Shown: piece by piece, positions 49,850-62,074 of the stretch
Numbering within the stretch: position 1 is the stretch's first letter
How the letters are laid out: each line of letters starts with the position of its first letter
Notes under the pieces: generated by a model
The model's input: only the letters and a program-made list of their open reading frames with translations
What the model was told of the DNA's origin: nothing
Database searches by the model: none
Translations under genes and position numbers: made by a program
From: Dipteris shenzhenensis
Lineage: Eukaryota
Direction: 5' to 3' (one strand)
Assembly (NCBI GenBank): GCA_047967505.1
Contig: CM106538.1
Length of the DNA stretch: 64,000 bases

Positions 49850-52800
49850 AGAACTCACTCCTGAGTTCGCTAAAAAATCCGGAAATGTTCGTTGGAGGTT
49901 TTGTAATGTCTCCCATGTTGCATCCTTCTCCACACGATCCTTTTCACTTGATCTTGTATTCCGTGATAGATCGATTATGAATCTGTCTGTCACGAAATTC
50001 AAGAATACACTCAGGTTCGTGAGGAACAAAAGTCAAATCTGTAACTTCTATAATCTCATGAGGAGAAACAAGTTGATCATCTGCACCCAAAACTTCTTTA
50101 AGTCTACTGACATGAAAGACTGGATGGACTTTAACATCAGGAGGCAATTCTAGTCGATATGCAACTGGTCCAATTCTTTTAATGACCTTGAACGGACCAC
50201 AGTATCTGGGGGATAATTTCGGAACCAAACCAGTACTTAGGCTTTTGGATTCCTTCGGAATTCGCAAATATACCATCGTTCCGTCAGAGAATTCTCTAGG
50301 TGAACGATGTCTATTAGCATAAAATCTGTCCCGATTTTGGGCACTTCTAATAGACTCCTTGGCAAACTGCAACATTTCCTGCATATCTAGCAAGAAGTTC
50401 TTAGCAGCATCATTTTGAATCCCTTTTAATCCAACCATAACTGGTGACTTAGGTTGAAACCCGTACATAAGCATAAAAGGACTGTAACCAGTACTAGAAT
50501 GCTTTGCACTGTTGTAAGCAAATTCAATCATAGGTAGATAATCTTCCCATGAAGACTGTCTCTTAAATACATATGCCCGAAGCATGTCTTCAACCAACTG
50601 GTTGACCTTCTTTGTATTGCCATCGGATTGTGCATGATCCGAGGAACTCATACTTAGAGTAGTTTCCAACTTCTCAAATACAAGTGTCTAAAAGTTACTT
50701 GTAAACTTTGAGTCCCTGTCACTGACTATGTCAGATGGCAAACCATACAGCTTAAACAAGTGGTCCACAAACTCGTGAGCCAACTGAACAGCTGAAATAG
50801 TTGTTCTAGTAGGTAAGAATCTAGCCATTTTTGTCAAACGGTCAACTATGACCCAAATGGAGTCATGACCCTTGCGCGTTCGAGGCAAACCAGTAATAAA
50901 ATCCATGGAAATACTTTCTCATTTATTACCTAGAATTTGTAATGGCTGTAATAAGCCCGCGCTTCTAAGGCGTTCTGCCTTAGTAACCTGACAAACCCGG
51001 CAACCTACTACATAGTTCTCTATAAATGCACGCATCTTAGGCCAATAAAAGGTATGCTTCACAAGAGACAGAGTCCTATGTATACCTGGATGTCCAGCTC
51101 TAGGAGCATCATGACACTCCCAGAGAATCTTGGATTTAAGGTCCAAAACATCTGGCACACAAATCTTTTCATTGCGGAACAGCAAGCCGTTCCTAATCAT
51201 CCACTGACCTCCCGCCGCCTGTACCATAGGTGGCACAATCCCTGAGTCCTGGTCAACCATGGAGCTCCCATCCTGGACTCTCTGCCAATAAGAACTGAAA
51301 TAACTATCAGTTGCGTATAGCCCTCTCAAGGATTGAAATAGGTCTGAGGATATTTCCGTAAATGACAAAGCATTTACAAACTTAACTCGACTTAAGGCAT
51401 CCGCCACACTATTCAACGAACCCTTACGATAACGTATTTCGAAATCAAAATCTTGCATTAATTCTGCCCATCGAGCTTTCCTTCCCCTCAATTCTAATCC
51501 ATCACACACATACTTAATTGACTGATGATCAGTCAATACAAGGAACTTTGAACCATACAAGTAGTGCCTCCAAACCTTAAGAGCATACACTACAGCATAA
51601 AGTTCCTTTTTGAGTGTGGGCCAACGATACTGAGTGTCGTCTAGCTTCTTACTCTCGAAAGCTACAGGTCTGCCCTCTTGGAATAGAGCTGCCCCAATCA
51701 CATAATCACTCGCATCGGCCTCTAAAACATAAGGCCGGGTAGGATCACGTAATGCAAGAACGGGTGCTTCCTTGATAGAAAACTTCAAGGTTTCAAAAGC
51801 CTTGTTCATTGCATCATTCCAAGGAATCGGCTAAGTAGACCTGCGTCCACGACCTTTCAATATGTTTGTCAATGGTGCCGTGATATGTGAATAATCACGC
51901 ACAGACTTCCGAAGAAATACCGTAAATCCTAGGAAAGAACGAAGTTGTTTCACAGTCTGAGGGATAGGCCATTCTAAAACCTTCTGGATACGATCCAGAT
52001 CAATGCTAATACCTTCAGAAGAAATCTTGTGTCCCAAGTAAATGATCTCCTTCATAAAGAAGTCACATTTACTCATCTTGGCATAGAGCTTATGCTGTCT
52101 TAGAACAACTAAGACAATCCGGAGGTGTCCTATATGATCCTCAAGCGTTCGACTATATACCAAGATGTCATCTAAGAACACTACAACAAATTTGCCCAGA
52201 AAATCCCTGAACAAATCGTTCATCATCTGCTGAAAAGTAGCAGGAGCATTGGTCAAACCAAAAGGTAATACGAGAAACTCGTAATGACCATACCTAGTTC
52301 GGAATGCGGTCCTATCTATGTGTTTAGCATAGATACGGATTTGATGATAACCCGTACGCAAATCAATCTTAGTGAAATACTTCGCTCCGGCCAAACGGTC
52401 TATCAAATCATCGGAACGAGGGAGAGGGTATCAATTCTTAATTGTCACTTTATTTAATCGTTTATAATCTATACACATTCTCTAGGAAGAATCTTTCTTC
52501 TTTCTTAGGAGGACAGGTGCACCCCAAGGTGATTTACTTGGGCGGATATAGCCCATATTCAGGTAATCCTGTAGCTGGGTAGCTAACTCATCCTCCTCTA
52601 CCTGGCTCATCCTATAAGGTGGTACACTGATAGGTTGAGCCCCTGGGACTAAGTCTATGCGATGATCTACTGCCCGTTCTGGAGGTAAACCTTCCGGCAG
52701 TTGAGCAGGGAATACATCCTTAAAACTATCTAGCAACATTCTCAATTCACGGTGTTCAAACACACTTAATTCATTCTTGTAAATTACAGAAACAACAAAT

Positions 52801-54431
52801 GAAGAAAGCGGAATCAAAACACACTGATAGACATCATAATGAGAATTGTTTAATATATTCCGAAGCTGCATCATCGTAGATACAATAGGCCCCTGAGAAG
52901 AGGGAATTTTATCACACTGAATACAAAATTGGGTGTCCTTATCTACAAATGAAAGCGTATGCTCCGTCCATCCGATGTGAATATTGTGGGTTTTAAACCA
53001 CTCTATTCCGATCAACAAGTCTACATGCTCCAGATGCATAACATAACATGTAAGAGCTCCCGTGTAGGCTTGAATCCGGATAGGAAGCGCTTCAACCTTG
53101 CGATCCCAAAACTGCTTCCCAGCTGGAAGCTGCACCTCATAGGTGTGATCGCTAGGTACTGTGGACAGTCCCATCTTCTGCACAAATTTGTAATTAATAA
53201 AATTGTGAGAGCTGCCCGGGTCAAAGAGAATGTGAACCTGTTGGTCCATGACTTCGCCATAAACTCGGAAAAGATCATGGGAACCAAACAACGAAGTATT
53301 GAAAGTACAATTACAAGAAAGTGGGCAGGTAATGACATTTACAGAAATACCTATCATCGAGACTTGGTTCGCTCCCTTGGCTTTGGTACCAGTTCCCGCC
53401 TGGAGCTTCGGTCCAAGCACCAACTTTTGGTTCTTGCGCTTTGGACACTCATTCTTGGTGTGGCCCCGCTCCTCGCAATAGAAGCAACGTCCTTCTTTCT
53501 TGAGCCTCAAAGTACGAAGGAAACGGGCTTTACCATTCTTAGCCTGAGTTAAGTGTTTCTTGGAGGCGTTGTCCGTAGACTCCGTCTCCCCAGTACCAGT
53601 CGTAGGCTGAAAGAACTTGCGTTTGTTCTTTCCACTCGTGTCGGAAACTGTAGTTGCTTTGGCACCGGCCATGGTATCATCATATATGCGCGCATAATTC
53701 ATGGCCTCCTGCAACGTTGTGCATTTGTTGTTCTTTATCTGCAACTTGTATGAATCTGGCAAACCATCCACGAAGAAACCTAACAAGGTCACTGGATCCA
53801 TCTTAGTGGCCCTGGTTTGCAGATCCCGAAATCTTTGAAGATAAACTTTAAAGGTCAAGTTTAACTTTGACATATCGAGGGCTTTAAGCTTGCCAACGAT
53901 ATCATAATCATCCTCCTTCTTCAGGAACTCCTTCCTGAAGACCCCTTCAAAATCTGTCCATGTATCGGGCTTAGGCTGGAGTTCCTTCCACCATAGCAAC
54001 ACTTTACCTGACATGAAACCCGCTGCAAGCTGGATCTTCTTCTCATCTGGGTATGGGTGGAACTGAAAGTGTACCTGCCACTTGTGTAACCAAGTGTCAA
54101 CTACCTCCTTCGTTCTAGACTTTTGGTCTCCCGAAAAAGGGTCTGGAGTTATATTCGGGCCTAGCACTGAGGCCATGGCATCCACATGCGTGAGTGCCTG
54201 CACAGTGCTAGCCAGAAAAGTGAGAGTCGCTTGAATCCCCTGGAGTTGCTGTGTCAACCCCGTTTGATTTGCATTAACCTGCTCGAATTTTCCATCCAGA
54301 GCAGTGGTAAATTCACTGAAGGCCTTTTTCGTAATCAGGTCATCATAAAGACCCTGATCCTCCTCTCCCACAGGAGTGTAATCCAAATCCTGCTCTCCCA
54401 TGGTGAACTCGGGATTTGCAGAATCAGACAT
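49850..54431 (-). pseudogene. Element D gag-pol (gag-CCHC-PR-RT-RH-INT-chromodomain-like), with several nonsense codons
   Basis: [62 protein letters not shown]. Confidence 0.93.
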
Positions 54432-54633
54432 AACTGAAATCTGATTTGAATATAAACTGACAGAAATACTGACTGAACCGAAGTGAAAAGGAGAATGGAG
54501 CAGAGAAAAACCGTCCCAAGAGATGATGACGGAAGAAGATACTGGAAACTGGTGAATCGGAAGCACACGAATCCCGGAATCTGGCTGAACCCGCTGCCGG
54601 ATGCAACGTACGAAATCCTGCAGCGTACGGATT

Positions 54634-54753
54634 GTTGACGTGGCTGTACGGTCTGCTGACGTGGCTGTACGACTGCTGACGTGGCTGTACGGTTGCTGAC
54701 GTGGCTGTACGGCTGCTGACGTGGGCCGTACAGCAGCTGACGTGGCTGTACGG
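54634..54753. repeat. ~20-bp tandem repeat (gctgacgtggctgtacggct), 6 copies, in the element D leader
   Basis: Read directly from the sequence. Confidence 0.92.
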
Positions 54754-55408
54754 CGATTGGCGCAGATTGCTGGCGATGCAGGTACAGCTGACACAGGGCT
54801 GGCGCAGATGTACGGCAGGTTGACGCAGGGCTGGCACAGGCAGGCTGATGCAGGCACCGTACGGATGGCTGGTGCAGGGTTGGCACGCTACTCGATGGCG
54901 CAGCTAGGCTCTTTGCAAGGCTATGGGTGGGCTGGTACCCTGCCCCATCTATATAGGAAGCAGGGCAGCCTAATTAGGAAGCCCTGCTTCCAAAAAAGGC
55001 CAACCCTCCCAGCTTTGGAGGGGGTGCTTTTTTCGAAAAAAGCATCCCTCAACGCAGGCTGGCCGCACCCTGTTCCTGCGCGTCTCGCCTCTCCCTGCCT
55101 TGGCCGAATTTCCCTACAGCCTTGGCGTCCCATCTCTGCCTCCCCCCACAGCCCTTGTCAGGTTCTTCGCCTCTCTTTCCTTCTTCTCTGCTCTAACTCC
55201 TGCTTCCTACAGCCTTCTCTCTCTCAGCCCCCCTTTAGGAATTTCGAAACTCTCCCTCCTTTCTTCTACCTTTTCCCTAACATCTGTCCACCCCTGCTAA
55301 CCTAGGAACCCAGCAGAAATCGCAGCAACAAATTTCGAATTTTAGGGCATACCTGGAGGAAAAGTTCGTCAAAAATTCTCGCATCAGAAGTTCCTACCTC
55401 AGGAGTTG

Positions 55409-55420
55409 GCTCTGATACCA
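55409..55420 (-). promoter_or_regulatory. Primer-binding site (tRNA-iMet type) of element D
   Basis: TGGTATCAGAGC, 2 nt after the 5' LTR. Confidence 0.92.
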
Positions 55421-55422
55421 AC

Positions 55423-55946
55423 TGACACGTCCCAGCACCCCTGAAACCTCTGATCTGCAAACAAACCACACACAACGTGAGAAACTGAGCAAGCTGCTCA
55501 CCACCCAACCATGACATCTACGGGATGTGATCCCGAATCAGGAGATGTCCCCTCCGAGCCACGAGTTGAGCTACTGGCACGAACTCCCAATCAGATCCAA
55601 ACCAGCCTGGTGTCCCATACCACCAGGTGGTGCTGTGAAGCCCTGGATCTGCCACTGGGCCTTGGGCTACGCTAAGATGTAGGCGCGCGTCCGCGACTCA
55701 ATCCAGGAACAGACTTGGCACCTGGGAACGAAACTTGCTCCCAACTGCACATTGAGAACTGAACCCCCTGGGCCCCTTTTATAGACTCGGGCCCCGAGCG
55801 CCAAAAATAGCGAAGACCTATAAATAGTTCGTACCCTTGCCACTCAACCCGAGAATCAAGCCTGCCTAGCTCTAAGCCTCCCCAGGCTAACCTGAGCTAG
55901 TCCTGTGTACCTAGTACACGTCAGATACCAATCTGTGCACATGACA
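55423..55946 (-). repeat. 5' LTR of element D
   Basis: Direct repeat of 49310-49833. Confidence 0.95.
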
Positions 55947-56045
55947 CACACACTGTGTAAGCAACTGATGCACTCAACCTTTGCTTTTCAGAGAGAAAGT
56001 ACCTCAACAAGAGGTGTCTTACATTCAGAACTTATGCCAGTACCG

Positions 56046-56283
56046 TGTTAGAATTATTATTATATTCTAGCAGTGACAAATGTAATGTAATAAGTAGGTT
56101 AGGGATACTTTTCCCTCTTTAGAGGTTTTTCCCCCTAACTACAGTTAGTTCACTAACTATGGCTAGTGAAGGATAAGGTTTTGTCACTTAGACAAAACCT
56201 TTCCCTCTTCTTGTATTCAGTCACTTCATCTATTGCAACGTTACGTTCAGCTCTCTTGCTCTCTCACTCTCCTCTTTCTGACA
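56046..56283 (+). repeat. Copia 5' LTR
   Basis: TGTTAG...TGACA; repeat of 60486-60715 with about 7 substitutions and an 8-bp indel. Confidence 0.93.
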
Positions 56284-57431
56284 TTTGGTATCAGAGCATC
56301 TGCTTCTCTCCCCGGACTTCTGCCATTGTCCGTGTGTGAGAGTGCTCTTAGATCCTGAGCTCCTGCTTTCTGGACTAGCTCCCACATCTTCTACTTCAGC
56401 TCCCAAGCTCACGTAGCTCAACCTGCGCACCAGCCTCTAGGTGTCGTACACTCTGCAGTACAACCTGCGCTCCTGGACCGTACATCCTTCCGCTACATCG
56501 TCTGTACAATCTGCATCAACTTCAGCGCCGTACAAATTTGCAGGTGCCTGACACCCTTCCGTACTATTATGTACCTATCCCATCCGTACCTGTGTACAGC
56601 AACAGCAGCCCGTACTACCTGCTTCTGCTATCTGTACAAGTATTTGCACCGTACCACCTCCGTACATGTATCTGCTCTGTACGTATCTACCATACAATTG
56701 TACGGACTGTCAATCATCCGTACAGTTGTGCATCAGCAGTCCTCAAGCGTCCGTACAAGTTGCCATTTTGTTCGTACAAGCTACGTCAGGCGTCCGGACA
56801 ATCGACTGCACCATCCGTACTGTTGCTGCAAATCCGTACACACTACGGATTTCCGTACATTTTGCAGGCCCTTGTACCTTTCGTTGGCGTCCGCAATTTG
56901 TGCAGGTTTTCCTTGCAGGATTACTTTGCAGGTTTTTGCTTTACAGGTTCTTCTCTTTGCAGAGAAATTGGGGCTTTTTGAGATCTTTGCAGGCACATTG
57001 TATTTTTTGGAGTGCTCTTGTGCAATTTTTGGGCAGACATTGCAAAGAAGAGCAATTTGAGAGCTTTGCAAGTTTTTTGGACTCAGTTTGAGTCACATTT
57101 GAACACTTGGGAATTTTCATTTGGACACATTGGCAGTAGAATTTACTCCTTTTGCAGATAAATTGCGAATTGGGGCTTTCAGTCAATTTACCCCTTTTTG
57201 AGTTGCAATTTCTTGCAAAAATTTGGGGCTTTTTGCTTTACACAGCAATTTCTTGAATTTTTGGGGCTTTCAGGCAATTTGCCCTCTTTTGGATGCAATT
57301 TCCCTTAAGAAATTGGGGCTTTTGGCATTCTTATGCAATTTGGCAATGTACAAGCATTTTGGGACTGTTGCAAGCAATTTTGGACTCATTTTGAGTGACA
57401 TTGCAGACATTGGAGAGCATTTGCAGGATAA

Positions 57432-60400
57432 TTGAAGTGCATGCCAGGGATAAAGAAGAATTTGCTTTCAATGTCCTCACTCAATAGAGGAGGATTTCAG
57501 GTTGTTTTTTATGATGACAAGTGTGTAGTCAGAGACAAAGAAAATGACTATGCTTTGATGTTGTCTGGCACTTTGTATCGGGGTCTTTTTCAGCTTGATC
57601 TATATGGAAAAAGATCCCATCTTGCATTATCAGCTAGCACTCCCACTGCTGCGATGCAGAATGCGGAGTATGGCATGCCAGGTATGGGCACATGAACTAT
57701 GGCAGCTTAATGACACATCAGAGGCATGATATGGTTGATGCATTGCCTCCCTTGGAGTCGCCTCCTTCTCATGCATGTGAAGGCTGCATTCTTGGCAAAA
57801 TGCATAGACTTCCCTTCAAAAAGGATGGTGCAATGAAAGCTACACAGAAATTACAGCTTATTCACGGTGATGTCTGCGGTCCCATGAGGACACCTGCTTT
57901 TGGGGGTTATCTCTATTTTGTTACATTCATAGATGACTTTACCAACTACACTTGGGTCTATGGTCTCAAGGCAAAATCAGAAGTGTTTATGCATTTTAAA
58001 CACTTTGTGGCTATGGTTGAGAATGAGACAGGACTCAAGGTGCAGACACTTCGAACAGATCGAGGGGGGGAGTATATGTCTCATGAATTTGAGACTCTTT
58101 TGAAGAGAAAGGCATCGTGCATCAGCTTACACTGAGGCTTACACCTCAACAGAATGGCAAAGCTGAGCAGACGAATCGCACCGCCATGGAAATGGACAGA
58201 TGCATGCTCACAAGTAAGAAGTTGCCTCACAGGTTTTGGCTGGAAGGCCTCATGTGTGCCAACTATATTTTAAATCAGGCTCCTACAAAGGCTTTGAAGA
58301 CAATCACTCCCTATGAGGCATGGCATGGGAGAAAGCCTTCAGTGGACCATTTCAAAGTTTTTGGTTGTGTTGCATATATACGCCCACGTGCCTGTGGAGT
58401 TCAGACGCAAGTTGTCAGATAAGGCACTCAAATGCATTTTTGTGGGATATAGTTCCCAAAGCAGGCTATCGTCTCTACAATCCTGCTACATGCAAGATTT
58501 TTGTTAGTAGAGATGTTATATTCTCTGAAAATTCTGCACATACACATGCTAAATTTCAGATTCCAACCTCTTCAGATGATGTGTTTGAGGGGATGCTTCC
58601 TATAGCATTTGGTTCCCCCGCTGAAACTCAGAATTTACAACAACCTCCGCCAGATCCACATGTACAGATTCAGCCCCCAGTTAAATTAGTACAACCTCAG
58701 GGTGTGGATGAAGTTGCCAAGCAAGAAATTCAAGAGATACACGCAGCCAAAACAGTCCCGCATTGGTTGCTTCAGACTCTCAGGGAGACACAGCTTGAAG
58801 CTCCATTGCCTGGCAGAACTCGTAGTGCAGTAAGGCACATGGGGGGGACTCTTTCACATTTGGCTCTTTCAGTTGAATCAGCTTATGCAAGTACTCTTCT
58901 TGATGATGAGGAGCCTGAGACGTTTGAAGAAGCAATGGATAATGTGCATTGGATGAATGCCATGCACGATGAATTGCAGTCCATTCATAAAAATCAGACT
59001 TGGGATGTCGTGGATTTGCCACTGGGTAAGAATGCCATAGGTACACGTTGGGTTTTCAAAGTCAAAAGAAAGCCAGATGGGTCCATTGATCGGTACAAGG
59101 CAAGGCTGGTTGCAAAAGGATATGCTCTGAAAAAGGGCATAGATTATGAGGAGACTTTTGCTCCTACATCCAGAATGACCACCATCAGGTCAGTTATAGC
59201 AATGGCTGCAAATTTTGAATGCAATGTTCATCTCATCAGTTGGACATTAAAACAGCTTTCCTTAATGGAGACTTGTTGGAAGAGGTTTATGTCAAACAAC
59301 CTCTAGGCTTTGAAATTTCAGGAAATGCACATCAGGTATGCAAGCTGAATAAAGCTTTGTATGGGCTGAAACAAGCCCCACGTGCATGGTATGCCAAAAT
59401 TGATGCCTTTCTAACCAGGAAGGGGCTGCATAATAGTCCAACTGAGAGCACCCTCTACATCAAGAAGGATGGGGGGGATACTTTGGTCATCATTCTTTAT
59501 GTAGATGACATGCTGCTCACCAGATCAAATGAGGAAGTAATTGCAGATTTCAAAGTCCAATTGAAAGCTACATTTGATATGTCAGACTTGGGCTTGTTAA
59601 ATTTCTTTTTGGGAATCCAATTTATTCAAGAGAAACATGGCAGTGTTATGTCTCAATCCAAGTATGTTCAAAAGCTATTGGATAGATTCAACATGCATGA
59701 TTGCAAGCCTATGTCCACTCCCATGGAGCCGGGGCTAATGCTTACAATGCATGATGCGGGTGAATCAATTGATGTCACACTCTATAGCCAGGCTGTTGGA
59801 TGCCTCATTTATCTTTGCAATACAAGACCTGATATTCAGTTTTCAGTTTCTCAGGTGAGCAAGTATATGCACAGCCCAAAGATTATGCATTGGCAGGCTG
59901 TAAAATGCATCTTCCGTTACTTGCAAGGTACAAAGTCTTTTGGCTTGATGTTTCCCGGGGGGGGTGACTTGCAAATGCATGCTTACAGTGACTTAGATTG
60001 GGCTGGAGACTATGATACTAGGCAGTCCACCAGTGGGAATTGTTTCTTTCTAGGACATGCTTGCATTTCTTGGTTGAGCAAGAAACAATCTACAATGGCT
60101 ACCTCCTCATGTGAAGCTGAGTACAGGGCAGCTTTCACAGCGACATTTGAATGTGTTTGGCTGCATCGTTTGTTTGCTGATCTTCATCTTTCATTGGAGG
60201 GTCCTTCTCTGATTCTCACTGATAGTTAGAGTGCTATAGCAGTGGCAAAGAATCCTGTGTTTCATGCTCGCACGAAGCACATTGAGGTTCACTATCACTA
60301 TGTCAGAGAGAAGTTGCATGCAAGAGAGATCAGTATGATCTATGTGTCAACACATGACAATGTTGCAGACATCTTCACCAAAGCACTTCCACGTGAAAAG

Positions 60401-60466
60401 TTTGAGGCATTTCACAGTGCCCTGAACTTATCTCCTTTTGGTGATTGGTCATTTCCTTGTACATGA
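57432..60466 (+). pseudogene. Copia pol (protease tail, GAG-pre-integrase, INT, RT, RH), frameshifted
   Basis: KKNLLS, CEGCILGK, HGDVCGP, RTDRGGEY, YKARLVAKGY, DIKTAFLNG, LYGLKQAPRAW, YVDDML, HARTKHIEV, ADIFTKAL. Confidence 0.95.
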
Positions 60467-60485
60467 CATTGGCATTGCAGGGGGG

Positions 60486-60715
60486 TGTTAGAATTATTAT
60501 TATATTCTAGCAGTGACCAATGTAATGTAATAAGTAGGTTAGGGGAACTTTTCCCTCTTCAGAGGTTTTTCCCCCTAACCACAGTTAGTTCACTAACTAC
60601 GGTTAGTGAAGGATAAGGTTTTGTCACTTAGACAAAACCTTTCCCTCTTCAGTCACTTCATCTATTGCAACGTTACGTTCAGCTCTCTTGCTCTCTCACT
60701 CTCCTCTTTCTGACA
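60486..60715 (+). repeat. Copia 3' LTR
   Basis: Repeat of 56046-56283. Confidence 0.93.
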
Positions 60716-61955
60716 CTACCGGGCTGTCAACTCAAGGCATATACCCACAAAGTGGCCAAAGCATCAATGACTGTGTTACCCCTTTCTTGGTTGCTGCAAA
60801 GAGCACTCAGAATGCATTTGGTTCATCTTTCCTATGCACAAAGGCATGCATTTTCTCTTTTCTGCAATCTCTGATTTTACTATGTTTCTGCTTTTTTCCT
60901 GACAGTAAAGACTCTTTCAAGTAGGTTAAAACTATTGGCAGAAAAAGTCTCTGCAACTGTCCCTTTTTTTTTTGGGACAGTAACCAGATGGGTAACTGCT
61001 GGTTACTCTAACCAGACTGTTTGGTTAGTCTGCAACTAGACTAACTGGACTGATCACAGTCTGGTTACAGTGACCAAACTAGTCTGGTTGGGTCAATTAA
61101 CTGGACCTCTAACCAGTCCACTAACCAAGGTTAAGTTAGATTAACTCCTAGTCAGCCATGTCAGCATCCACATCACCTGTCAGAATGCCAAGTCATCTCA
61201 CACGTGCATGCCACGTCATCCCCTGCATATGGATCTGCCACATCAGCTGACATGTGTCAGAATGACACATCAGCGCTGTTTTGTGCACTGCCATGTGTTG
61301 TTTGTGCCACGTCAACTCTGAGCTGGATGCCACGTCAGGTTGGTTGCCACATCAGGTTAAGGTCAGAGACCTTGGCTGGCTGATCTATGTCGCATGTCGC
61401 GCCTGCGCCTTCTAGAGACCTCCGTCGAGGGACTTCTGTTAACGCTCAGCGTCGCCAACCCGGCCACCGTCAAGCAAACAGAACTGCGCCATATTCCTGC
61501 GTGAAGGTGTCGCCAAACACTTTTCGTCAGAAAATCTCCATTACCGCCTATCTTAGCCCACGTGAAACGTATCAAGAAGTCACCCAACGCGAGAAATTGC
61601 GATTCATTTCTTGTTGTCGTGCTTAAGCATACATAGACTCCTTTCGTCGCTACGAGCTTGGTGCCTAAGGAAATGCTTTCTGTGATTCATGACTCTCGCT
61701 TTGCAGTCATGGAGTGAAGTCTTCCTGTGTATCTTAAGCAATTACGCCCTCGACGCTAACTTCAGATTCGCAGCCCCAAATCTCTACTTGCGTCAAAGAA
61801 TTCCCTATCTCAAAGCATACGAAACGATATGTAGAATTCGTCTCTTTCCGGCCATAGCCAGTATTGACGCAACGCAAGCGATACCCAGAATGCTTGCCCT
61901 CATTCACATCTCTCGCCTAACTTGATCGCTCCCACCATAGAAGGTTGGGAGAGCT

Positions 61956-61967
61956 GCTCTGATACCA
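61956..61967 (-). promoter_or_regulatory. Primer-binding site (tRNA-iMet type) of element C
   Basis: TGGTATCAGAGC on minus, 1 nt from the LTR end at 61969. Confidence 0.9.
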
Positions 61968-61968
61968 A

Positions 61969-62039
61969 TGCAACCCGATGTTGACGTGTGTTTCTTTTTC
62001 TTCTTTGGGGAATCTTCTACAAACACTCTCTTGATTCTA

Positions 62040-62074
<35 letters not shown>

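Larger units (their letters stand above)
49310..55946 (-). mobile_element. Complete chromovirus-type Ty3 element D (6637 bp)
   Basis: 524-bp TG..CA LTRs, about 98% identical by eye; TSD CACAC at 49305-49309 and 55947-55951; PBS, PPT and gag-pol present. Confidence 0.96.
56046..60715 (+). mobile_element. Ty1/Copia LTR retrotransposon lacking a recognisable gag (4670 bp)
   Basis: LTRs 56046-56283 and 60486-60715; PBS TGGTATCAGAGC at 56286-56297; G-rich PPT at ~60479-60485; TACCG flanks at 56041-56045 and 60717-60721; INT-RT-RH order. Confidence 0.95.

Noticed and set aside
54634-54753. CRISPR-like array
   Set aside because: Contiguous tandem units with no unique spacers, no cas genes, and a eukaryotic TE context.
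54432-54886. N-terminal ~140 aa of the 791-aa ORF and overlapping ORFs
   Set aside because: Read-through of the tandem-repeat leader; gag more plausibly starts at ATG 54431.
56538-57186. Overlapping 140-160 aa ORFs as a candidate Copia gag
   Set aside because: No Gag motifs; low-complexity motif-rich DNA open in several frames.
60716-60721. One-base offset in the Copia TSD (c+taccg versus g+taccg)
   Set aside because: Explicable as a single insertion or substitution; too little evidence for unusual integrase chemistry.
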